Notes under the pieces: generated by a model | What the model was told of the DNA's origin: nothing | Database searches by the model: none | What the model saw: only the letters and a program-made list of their open reading frames with translations | Made by a program: the position numbers and the translations under genes | Assembly (NCBI GenBank): GCA_963662625.1 | Contig: OY759726.1 | Location: 160,001-224,000, forward strand | Length of the DNA stretch: 64,000 nt | Direction: 5' to 3' | From: Nitrosopumilus sp. | GTDB taxonomy: Archaea; Thermoproteota; Nitrososphaeria; Nitrososphaerales; Nitrosopumilaceae | Shown here: piece by piece, positions 27,814 to 35,585 of the stretch | Position numbering within the stretch: position 1 is the stretch's first letter | Layout of the letters: each line of letters begins with the position of its first letter

Positions 27814-28498
27814 ACTTGATCTCCCTCTCCACTATGCTGTCGCCGGTGCGATCCCCGTCGACCTCGGCTATGGTGATCTTCCTCGTGCCGTGGCAGTCCC
27901 CGTAGTCCAGGATCACGTCGACCTCGCCGGCCGCCGAGGAGATGTCGGTGCGGATCGGCCTGCCGTCAAGCACCACCCTGACCCTCTTCCTCGGGATGAT
28001 CTGGCCGTCCCTGGTCTTGAGGACTATCGAGATGCGCATCAGCGCCCCCGGGGATACGTGCACCTCCATCTTCTGCGGCTTGCGCTGGCGCTGGGGGGCG
28101 GCCTCCGGCCTGTGCCGCTCCCGGCGCCTGGCCAGGGAGGACGAGGGGACCGCCAGCACCCCGGAGTCCGCCCCCGCCGCGGCCTTCTTGCCCCTTTTCG
28201 TCCCCCTGGGGGTCTTCCTGCCCCCGGCGTAAAAGGTGACTATGGAGAGCAGCCTGCCCTCGTAGCCGATCACGGGGGGGCGGACCATGGCGAAGACGGC
28301 GAACGCCGCCAGGGTTATGGCCGCGGTGTGGATCTCCTGGCTTGCCTGCAGGACGGCGAACATCGCCGGGAGGCCCAGCCCGAAAATGATGATGGCCTGG
28401 TAGAGCGATATGAATCCAAGCACGGGGAAGGTCAGGAGCGGCTGGGTGAGGGTCGGGTTTTTCGGGAACCACGTCATGTTCTCCTGCGCGTACGACAT
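27800..28498 (-). CDS. PrgI/VirB3-like small membrane protein with C-terminal beta domain
   Basis: FISLYQAIIIFG and two TMs followed by RPP..GYE, the layout of PrgI-like proteins; tra-type promoter upstream. Confidence 0.45.
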   Translation of the reverse strand: MSYAQENMTWFPKNPTLTQPLLTFPVLGFISLYQAIIIFGLGLPAMFAVLQASQEIHTAAITLAAFAVFAMVRPPVIGYEGRLLSIVTFYAGGRKTPRGTKRGKKAAAGADSGVLAVPSSSLARRRERHRPEAAPQRQRKPQKMEVHVSPGALMRISIVLKTRDGQIIPRKRVRVVLDGRPIRTDISSAAGEVDVILDYGDCHGTRKITIAEVDGDRTGDSIVEREIKFVRG

Positions 28499-28601
28499 CG
28501 TGGAATAGCAAGGCGGGCGCTTTTAAGGGGGCGGATCCCCATGGCTGGCGCCGGGGCGGGCGGCGCCTGCCGGGACGCGGCCTTCCCGCGCCAGGCGACG
28601 C

Positions 28602-28985
28602 TCACCCGCGCCTGGCCCTGGCCTCGATTATCCCCATTATCTCCATGGCCCCCGCGGTGTCCAGCCCCCCGAGCGAGCCGTCGGCCCGCCCGTCGTCCTG
28701 CGCCGGCCTGGCCACGGTCCCCATCCCCGGGGCGGTTATCCTCAGCGAGGAGGAAAAGTAGCCCCTTTCTATCGCGACGTTCATGATGTCGCGGTACCGA
28801 AAGTACTCCACCTTCTCGCGCAGCCCCAGCAGCAGGGGGTTCCTGATTATGACCTTGCGGTCGGTGGCGAATATGGTGCCCGGCGTCACGGGGGAGCCTC
28901 CCGGGACGTGCCTCGCCTGGGTGGCCATGGCGAGGACCTCCTCGCCTTCGTCCAGGTATCGGGAGATCCTGCCAGTCTCGCTCAA
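28602..28985 (-). CDS. Bacterial/archaeal PH (bPH) domain protein
   Basis: YLDEGEEVL...IFATDRKVII...YRDIMNVAIERGYFSSSLRI. Confidence 0.75.
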   Translation of the reverse strand: MSETGRISRYLDEGEEVLAMATQARHVPGGSPVTPGTIFATDRKVIIRNPLLLGLREKVEYFRYRDIMNVAIERGYFSSSLRITAPGMGTVARPAQDDGRADGSLGGLDTAGAMEIMGIIEARARRG

Positions 28986-29071
28986 AACAGGCTCTTCACC
29001 CCGGTCGTCATCCTAGATACGGCGGCGGCTCCGGCCAGGACCAGCAGGACGGCGCAGATCGCGAGGAACAT
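28982..29071 (-). CDS. 29-aa hydrophobic peptide (MFLAICAVLLVLAGAAAVSRMTTGVKSLF)
   Basis: Manual translation; stop overlaps TTG of PH gene (TTGA). Confidence 0.45.
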   Translation of the reverse strand: MFLAICAVLLVLAGAAAVSRMTTGVKSLF

Positions 29072-29074
29072 GGG

Positions 29075-29080
29075 AAAAAA
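29075..29080 (-). terminator. Oligo-T tract after the major pilin gene
   Basis: TTTTTT on minus strand 14 bp after stop. Confidence 0.4.
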
Positions 29081-29093
29081 GCGAAGGGGGTGG

Positions 29094-29783
29094 CTAGCCC
29101 GGCTTTACGCGGGTGTTGTAGATGTCGGACACGTACTCGTCGTCGCCTGAGGTGTACGCCAGCTGCATGGTGAGGCGGTCGGATATGGTGATGTTGTCGG
29201 ATATCACCCCCCCTGCTGCTACGGGGACGTTGCCTGTTCCATTAGGCAGACTGACCTTCAACTGGAGGGCCACAGACGCGCCGCCGTCAAGTGATGATAC
29301 GTCGGTGGGACATATTGAGAATCCCTTTTGGGTGTCCAATATGTCATCGCCTGTGGCTTCAGTAGTTGGTATTGCTGGGGTGGCGGGAATACCGCACTGA
29401 GCGTTAGTTTTACCATTGACGAAAGATTCAACGGTAGAAGTACCTGAAACAACATTCAACCTCCCATCCTCTCTGTCATCATCCGTGATCTTGAAGCTGT
29501 CCCCGGTCGAGATCTCGTTGATGAATATGTCAGTCACCGACGTGGAGCCGGCGTTCTTGATGTTGGCGGTGATGGACAGCGTGTCCCCGTTCCTGATGGC
29601 GTTGACGTTCCGAATCTCCAGCTGCGTCGAGGTGCTGAACAGGTCCGCCTGCTCCTGGAAGGCATAGTACACGCCGCCCCCCACGGAGGCGGTGATCCCT
29701 ATCCCTATCACCATGCCGAGCACGGCCGAGACCGCCAGCAGCTTCTTCCTTTTTGTCGTCATTGTCCGTTCCTTGGATTGCAT
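29094..29783 (-). CDS. Putative major type IV pilin
   Basis: KRKKLLA/VSAVLGMVIGIGIT class III signal, then TQLEIRNV...SITANIKNAGSTSV archaeal pilin beta domain; own promoter. Confidence 0.8.
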   Translation of the reverse strand: MQSKERTMTTKRKKLLAVSAVLGMVIGIGITASVGGGVYYAFQEQADLFSTSTQLEIRNVNAIRNGDTLSITANIKNAGSTSVTDIFINEISTGDSFKITDDDREDGRLNVVSGTSTVESFVNGKTNAQCGIPATPAIPTTEATGDDILDTQKGFSICPTDVSSLDGGASVALQLKVSLPNGTGNVPVAAGGVISDNITISDRLTMQLAYTSGDDEYVSDIYNTRVKPG

Positions 29784-29961
29784 TGCTGCCAAGGATGGCG
29801 GGCGTATTTAAGGGGTGGAAAATAGGGCGGTTGATCGCGGGGGAGTCCAGGAGGTGCATGGAATGTGGGAATGGGGCGTACTGCGCGGCCCCCGGATCTG
29901 CCGGGGCTTGACTGGCAGAATCGCCTGCCGCCAACTTTGAGGGCCGGGTGGGCTTCTCCTA

Positions 29962-30255
29962 TCAGACAAGCCAGTCCCTCCTCATGTCAATTTCGATGGT
30001 GGAGACGTACCTTCTCACTCCCTCCACTTCCACCTGGGCCGAACTGGTCCTGATCCCGCCCATGGTGAATTTGACCAACTCTTCCTCGGCCCCGAGCCTC
30101 TTCCTGGCAATCACGGCGATGTCCACCGCCTTCGTGATGTTCCTCCCGGAAGCCCTCAGGGTGATCCACCCGCCTGGATCCGACATGGCTTCCAGAAGCT
30201 GCGTGGCGTACACCATGGACTCCCCGTCCCCCACGGTCACCGTCGCCTCCCCCAT
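29962..30255 (-). CDS. albA: Alba-family DNA/RNA-binding chromatin protein
   Basis: ITLRASGRNITKAVDIA...VSTIEI Alba signature. Confidence 0.85.
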   Translation of the reverse strand: MGEATVTVGDGESMVYATQLLEAMSDPGGWITLRASGRNITKAVDIAVIARKRLGAEEELVKFTMGGIRTSSAQVEVEGVRRYVSTIEIDMRRDWLV

Positions 30256-30538
30256 GGGCGTTGGTTTGCTGGGGGCAGATTTGAGGTTGGCTGGGGCCCA
30301 CATGCCAGATTGGCGCGTGGTGCCACGCGCCCGCCACTTGAATCCCAACCCCCAGATCCGCGTCCGGCGCGGCCGTCGCCATTAGGAAGGGGTCGCCCTC
30401 AGGAAGGCGGCCTCCTGCCGGCTCCTCACCGGGATCCCATTGGGCCTTCGTGATCATCCCATGGGGCGCCCCATCCATGCCGCGCGCCGGGCCGTGGGCC
30501 GGCCGCCGCCCTTTTATGCCCGCCAGGTTGTTAGTCCC

Positions 30539-30703
30539 GTGATCGACGTCCCCTTCCGCTGCCCAAAATGCGGCGGCGGGCTGCAGATGACGTACTATGT
30601 CGCCCCGCTGCGGGTGCTGAGGAAGAGGACGTGGTACTGCTGCAAAAAATGCGGCTTCGAGGCGCAGGCCGACGAGTTCAAGGCCGAGCTGTTCTGCCCC
30701 TGA
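30539..30703 (+). CDS. Small Zn-ribbon protein (CPKC...CKKC)
   Basis: GTG start about 21 bp after TTTTAT box at 30512-30517; two CxxC pairs. Confidence 0.65.
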   Translation: MIDVPFRCPKCGGGLQMTYYVAPLRVLRKRTWYCCKKCGFEAQADEFKAELFCP

Positions 30704-31091
30704 CGTTGAGGCGCCACCCCGCGAGGTGCAACCCCCCGAACGCCACCAGCGCCGCCCCGGCCATCCCGGCGTCGGGGGCGGCGAACATGAGCATTGGGAG
30801 GACCAGCGCGGCGATCGAGATCTCAAACCCGATCTGCGCGGCCACCGCCGTCCCGAACCCCCTCCTGCACAGCGCCGAGAACAGCGGTGACGTCTCGCAC
30901 CTCCTGACCGTCTCCAGCCCGTAGGAGACGGTGCTCCTGACGTCGAGGGCGAACCCGACAGAATACGCGGCGGCCCCCGCGAGGAGCGCCCACCACGACA
31001 GCCACTGCGGGATGAGGAACGACGCGGCGACGGGCGCCGCCGACGCGGCGACCAGGAGGAAAAAAATGGGGGGTCGGATCAGTCCCGGCAC
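30678..31091 (-). CDS. Small multi-TM membrane protein (DUF5658-like)
   Basis: Four hydrophobic segments and LDVRST...ETSP pattern; start uncertain. Confidence 0.5.
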   Translation of the reverse strand: MPGLIRPPIFFLLVAASAAPVAASFLIPQWLSWWALLAGAAAYSVGFALDVRSTVSYGLETVRRCETSPLFSALCRRGFGTAVAAQIGFEISIAALVLPMLMFAAPDAGMAGAALVAFGGLHLAGWRLNVRGRTARP

Positions 31092-31453
31092 CCGGCGGCG
31101 GGCGCCGGCAGGGCGCGCACCCGCAGCATTATGACCGACGCCAGGATCCCCATGATCAGGACGATCTTGATGACCCACATCACGAGGGTGAACAGGTTGT
31201 TGAGCCCGCCGGTGACGCTGGCGGGCAGGAGGGCGCCGCTGGTCGCGTTGCCCTTGTCGTCGATGAAGGTCCCCTGCGGGGGCCTGAACAGCACGTCCTC
31301 GGCCGTCTCGCCGGACGGAATCTGCGTCCCCATCATCATGAGTATTATGCTCGGCGCTATGAACACCAGGATGGCCGCGAAGATGCAGGTTATCAGCATC
31401 CCCTGGAACTTGCTCATGTTCTCGGAGTCTTCCTTGCGGTTCTCCATTACCAT
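31079..31453 (-). CDS. Small two-TM protein, candidate VirB2/TrbC-like conjugative pilin
   Basis: 124 aa, two long hydrophobic helices, own TTAAATAC promoter at 31473-31480, T-tract after stop. Confidence 0.45.
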   Translation of the reverse strand: MVMENRKEDSENMSKFQGMLITCIFAAILVFIAPSIILMMMGTQIPSGETAEDVLFRPPQGTFIDDKGNATSGALLPASVTGGLNNLFTLVMWVIKIVLIMGILASVIMLRVRALPAPAAGCRD

Positions 31454-31537
31454 GGCGTGAACATCGCGGAGAGTATTTAACCCGGCCAGGAACAGGGGCG
31501 GGGGGCGGCTTAAATCCAAACGCGCGGGTTGTCACCG

Positions 31538-32098
31538 TTGCTCACGACAGAGAACGTCACGGCGACCGCGGACTGCGGGAGGAAGGTGGACATCGAGAGG
31601 CTGGCGAGGCACTCGGGCGCCCTGATGGACTTTGAGTTCCACGCCGTGAAGTTCAGCTTCAACATCCCGTCCCCCGCGGGGGAAAAGCAGGCGGTGGTGT
31701 CCGTGTACTCCACCGGGAAGGTGGTGTGCCTCGGCGCCAACACTGTGTCCAGGGCCGTCTCCTTCACGGGGAAGGTGCTGGCCATGCTGGGGTGCGGGGG
31801 CGCGGAGGTCGGGGTCTCCCGCGTCATGATGAACGGCTCGCTGGACGCTGGCCCAGGGGCCGACGCGTACTCCAGGGTGGGGGAGCTGAAAAAGGAGTTC
31901 AGGGTCGGGGTGGACACGGAGGTGATGGGCGGGGTGATGGTGCTCAATGCCGGCGGCGTCAGGGTCCAGCTCACGCCGAGGGAGGGGGGGACCAACGTCG
32001 TGGCCGGCGGCCCCGACGAGGACAAGGTGCGCCGCGCGGTGGCGAGGATCTCGGAGATAGTGTCGGGGAGCCCCGGGCGGCACGGCGGCTGGAAGTGA
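31538..32098 (+). CDS. tbp: TATA-binding protein (TBP)-like, divergent second repeat
   Basis: ENVTATAD...DIERLA...EFHAVKF...VSVYSTGKVVCLGA matches TBP repeat 1; TTAAAT box at 31510-31515. Confidence 0.8.
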   Translation: MLTTENVTATADCGRKVDIERLARHSGALMDFEFHAVKFSFNIPSPAGEKQAVVSVYSTGKVVCLGANTVSRAVSFTGKVLAMLGCGGAEVGVSRVMMNGSLDAGPGADAYSRVGELKKEFRVGVDTEVMGGVMVLNAGGVRVQLTPREGGTNVVAGGPDEDKVRRAVARISEIVSGSPGRHGGWK

Positions 32099-32162
32099 CC
32101 GGGGGGCGCCGCCATGGAACCCAGGGCCGGGACCTGGCGGGCATGGGCCCCGGCCTGGAAGC

Positions 32163-32933
32163 TCACGTCGCGCATTCGCCGCCGCAGGGGGACTGGCCGC
32201 CGGCGTCGGGCAGGGCGGCACCGCGGGACATGGCGCGCGCCATCCCCCTCAGCGTGTGGCCGTCGGGGGCCAGGGTCTGCCGGGGGAAGTGCTTGTTGGA
32301 CTCCTCCACGCCGACGGCCATGGCGTAGAGGTCTGGGTGGGACTCCCAGATCTCGCGCCACCTCCGCATGCTGTTGAAGGGGCAGAAATGGCACCCGCTC
32401 TTCGGCGGGACTGGGAGCCTCGCGCGCCTCACCATGGCCTCGCACGCGTCCCTGCCAATCCCGGAATCGACCAGCGGGTAGAGGTTGGTGACGTAGGGGG
32501 CGGCCGGCGGCTTCATCCTGCGCGCCTCGCCGTGGTCTATCCCCATGTACTGGTAGACGTGCCCGCCGATCGCGCGGTAGTACGCGTGGACCGGCGCCAC
32601 CTTGACGTCCCTGGTGCACCACCGCCAGACCTGCGAGGGGATGACCCCCCTGCCGGCGCACCGCTCCATCAGCGACCGGCCGCTGCGCGTCCGCACCACG
32701 TCGAGGCGCAGCCCCCTCCTCCGGAGGTAGCGCCGCATCACCCCGAGGTAGGCGTACGTCTCCGGGATCTCGTCCCCGGTGTCGGCGAACACCACGCGAT
32801 CCAGCGGCAGCCCCTCGCGCAGGATGTGCACTATCATGGCGGTCGAGTTCAGCCCCCCGCCGTAGCTCGCCGCGTAGGTGGCCCCCGCGTCCCTTTCCAT
32901 CCCGATCGTGCCCCGGGTCCAGGCGTTTTCCAT
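32163..32933 (-). CDS. PAPS-reductase-like (PP-loop) protein of mobile-element type
   Basis: SYGGGLNSTAM, FADTGDE.PETY, RWCT..K, GID..E..R, YPL, KSGCHFCPF. Confidence 0.85.
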   Translation of the reverse strand: MENAWTRGTIGMERDAGATYAASYGGGLNSTAMIVHILREGLPLDRVVFADTGDEIPETYAYLGVMRRYLRRRGLRLDVVRTRSGRSLMERCAGRGVIPSQVWRWCTRDVKVAPVHAYYRAIGGHVYQYMGIDHGEARRMKPPAAPYVTNLYPLVDSGIGRDACEAMVRRARLPVPPKSGCHFCPFNSMRRWREIWESHPDLYAMAVGVEESNKHFPRQTLAPDGHTLRGMARAMSRGAALPDAGGQSPCGGECAT

Positions 32934-32989
32934 GCCGGCAAGCAGCCCGCGCGTATTTAGGGTTATACGCGGCCCCCATTCCGGTGCCC

Positions 32990-34123
32990 ATGGAGAGGAC
33001 GGTGGTGGACCTGTTCTGCGGCGCGGGTGGCATGTCCCTGGGGTTCGCCCAGGCCGGGTTCGAGGTGGCCTTCGGGGTGGACAGCGACAGGCACTCGGTC
33101 GGCACGTTTGCCCGCAACCACGGCCCGGCGTCCGTCGAAGACGTCGCCAACGTGGACGCGGAATACGTCCTGGACTCGGCCGGCATCGGCGGCGTCGGGG
33201 TCCTGGTCGGGTGTCCCCCGTGCCAGGGGTACAGCAGGGCCGGCGCCGGCAGGCTGCGCTCGGCGGGGCGGCCCACGGGGATGGGGGACCCGCGCAACTC
33301 CCTCTACTCCGAGTTCCTCAGGCTGGTGAGGGAGATCCGCCCCGAATGGTTCGTGATGGAGAACGTGCCCGGGATGCTCACTGTCGGCGGGGGGGCCGTG
33401 AGGAGGGGGATCCCGGCGGGCGCCGGGCCGGGGTACTCCGTGTCGTTCATGGTGCTCGACGCGGCCGACTTTGGCGTCCCGCAGCACAGGCGGAGGGCCA
33501 TAGTCATCGGCAACCGGCTCGGCGTCCGCAACCCGCGTCCGGGGAGGACCCACTGCCCGCCGGGGGAGGCGTGGGGGTCTGGGCTGCGGCCGCACGTGAC
33601 GGTGGCCGACGCGATATCGGACATGCCTCCCCTGGGGCCGGGGGAGGGGGAGCCGTGCGCGCCCTACCCGGAGGGGGCCCGGCCGACGGAATACCAGGCC
33701 GGGATGAGGAGGGGGTGCGACCGCCTGTACTGGCACGTCGCCAGGAGGCAGGGGGCGCGCGACCTCGGGATATTCGCGATGCTGCCGCCGGGCGGGAAGA
33801 TAGGGGACCTGCCGGGGCGAGTCAACCCGTGGCCCAACTCCTTCCTGGACAGGTACAGGAAGCTGCCGGTGGACGCGCCGTCGCACGCCGTCATATCCCA
33901 CCTGGCGAAGGACGGGATGACCCACGTCCACCCGGATCCTGGGCAGAACAGGAGCATAACCCCGAGGGAGGCCGCCAGGCTGCAGTCCTTCCCCGACAGC
34001 TACCGCTTCGACGGCCCGCCTGGCAGCCAGTTCAGGCAGATCGGCAACGCCGTCCCGCCGCTGCTGGCCAGGATGGTGGCGGAATCGGTGGCCCGCGCCG
34101 CGGCGGGTGCCGGCGCGGCGTGA
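32990..34123 (+). CDS. dcm: DNA (cytosine-5) methyltransferase
   Basis: [50 protein letters not shown]. Confidence 0.95.
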   Translation: MERTVVDLFCGAGGMSLGFAQAGFEVAFGVDSDRHSVGTFARNHGPASVEDVANVDAEYVLDSAGIGGVGVLVGCPPCQGYSRAGAGRLRSAGRPTGMGDPRNSLYSEFLRLVREIRPEWFVMENVPGMLTVGGGAVRRGIPAGAGPGYSVSFMVLDAADFGVPQHRRRAIVIGNRLGVRNPRPGRTHCPPGEAWGSGLRPHVTVADAISDMPPLGPGEGEPCAPYPEGARPTEYQAGMRRGCDRLYWHVARRQGARDLGIFAMLPPGGKIGDLPGRVNPWPNSFLDRYRKLPVDAPSHAVISHLAKDGMTHVHPDPGQNRSITPREAARLQSFPDSYRFDGPPGSQFRQIGNAVPPLLARMVAESVARAAAGAGAA

Positions 34124-34132
34124 CTCCGGCGG

Positions 34133-34570
34133 TCACCCCGCGCCCCCGCCCGGGGGCAGGCCGCGGGCCTGGAGCCTGTCCTTCCACCCGCCAGTGGCCC
34201 GGTAGTGGGGGATCCCGGCCCGCGGGATCATCTCCAGCCACTCCTCCAGCTGGAAGGTGGCGAATCCTCTGGACAGGATCTCGGCCGCGCGGGTCCGGGC
34301 CATCCGCCTGACCGCCCTCCTCTGGCGGCTGTAGAACCTCGAACGCTCGTGCTCGGCCGCGGGCGGGGCGGCGCGCCGGCGGCGGGCGTCGTTCTCCCGG
34401 CCGCATTCCCGCGAGCACGTCCTCACCAGCGAGAACCTGTGGACGACGAACGGCCTCCCGCAGCAGGCGCACTCCCTCTCCACGTCGGCCTTGCGCATCC
34501 TGCGTCCTGGCGGGCGGCGGTTGTTCCCGAGGGCGTGGTAGTCCGGCTCCATCCCAGCCCAGTCCGTCAT
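34133..34570 (-). CDS. Small basic Zn-finger protein (CACC...TCSREC)
   Basis: ERECACCGRPF...RTCSRECG, Arg-rich. Confidence 0.6.
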   Translation of the reverse strand: MTDWAGMEPDYHALGNNRRPPGRRMRKADVERECACCGRPFVVHRFSLVRTCSRECGRENDARRRRAAPPAAEHERSRFYSRQRRAVRRMARTRAAEILSRGFATFQLEEWLEMIPRAGIPHYRATGGWKDRLQARGLPPGGGAG

Positions 34571-34919
34571 GGGGCACCGCCGCCGCTGGATGCCGCGGGG
34601 GCGCGCTTCTTCCCGCCCCCACGCCCGTCCCCCCGCCGCCCGGGGCGGCCCAGAACCAACGCGGACATGGGAAAAAGGAAGCCCGGGGGGTATTAAGACC
34701 CGGGCGGCGGCCCCCTGCCTGGGCCGCGTTTCCAGCATTTTCGGCCCGGCCCGGGCCGTTCTTTAAATGCCGACTGCGAGTTTCACCGCCCGGCGGCCCC
34801 CGCGCGCGGCTTTCCGCTCCCCCCGAGTGCGAAATGCGCCGGAAAACCGATTAAAATCCTCATACTGGAACAACAAAATAAGTTAATAATTCTGGAAGGC
34901 CGCCGTTTTCAGGCGTGGC

Positions 34920-34963
34920 CATTGGCGTTAAGTGTAAAACCAGTTTTACATTTAACGCCAATG
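34920..34963. repeat. 44-bp near-perfect inverted repeat in AT-rich intergenic island
   Basis: CATTGGCGTTAAGTGTAAAAC-CA-GTTTTACATTTAACGCCAATG; 21-bp arms with one mismatch. Confidence 0.9.
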
Positions 34964-35109
34964 CGATATTCGTTTTTCATTCCTCCCCAAAAACTGCCGG
35001 AAGGACTGTTCCGATACGTTGTGGTTACGGCGCTTCCCATATAAAGTTTGAAATGCGGCATCTTCGGGCCCGGCGGCCGCGCTTTTATCCCCAGCGGAGA
35101 CTCCATGGC

Positions 35110-35244
35110 ATGGAAGACCCCCAACTCAGGTGCTGCCGGTGCGACAGGAAGCTCCGCGGCATAGGCGGGGGGCGCGTGGTCGGATCCAGGAGATTTACCC
35201 TGCTGTCATCCGGGGCGGTCTGTGACGGCTGCCTCGGCGGCTGA
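35110..35244 (+). CDS. 44-aa Zn-finger micro-protein (CCRC...CDGC)
   Basis: ATG about 21 bp after TTTTAT box at 35083-35088. Confidence 0.55.
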   Translation: MEDPQLRCCRCDRKLRGIGGGRVVGSRRFTLLSSGAVCDGCLGG

Positions 35245-35584
35245 CCATTCGGCCTGGGCCGCCGCGCCCGCCCCCTCCCCCCGCCGCCGTCCCGCGCGCG
35301 CCGGGCGGCGCGTCCGGGACGAGGCCGTCCACCATCACCCTGATCCTGGCGAGCGACTCCTCAACGTCCGCCATCCTCCGGGCGGCCTCGGCGCCGGTGA
35401 TCCCCGCCCCGGGAGGCCCCGGGCCGGCGCGCCTCCTCGCCCCGTCGACTGCCGAGGAGACGAGGGCGAACCTCCTCCTCACCGACGCCACCCTCGCCGG
35501 GGTCAATGGGGGCCGCGCCTCCCACCGCAGCGAGTCCAGCCTCCTGACGATCCTGTCCCTTTCGGCCCTCGTCACGTGGGCCAT
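35195..35584 (-). CDS. Hypothetical basic protein downstream of virB4
   Basis: ATG starts 1 bp after virB4 stop. Confidence 0.5.
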   Translation of the reverse strand: MAHVTRAERDRIVRRLDSLRWEARPPLTPARVASVRRRFALVSSAVDGARRRAGPGPPGAGITGAEAARRMADVEESLARIRVMVDGLVPDAPPGARGTAAGGGGGRGGPGRMVSRRGSRHRPPRMTAG

Positions 35585-35585
35585 C

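Noticed and set aside
29820-29960. Two short hairpins downstream of alba as a possible ncRNA
   Set aside because: Short GC stems are expected by chance at this composition; no recognisable RNA family
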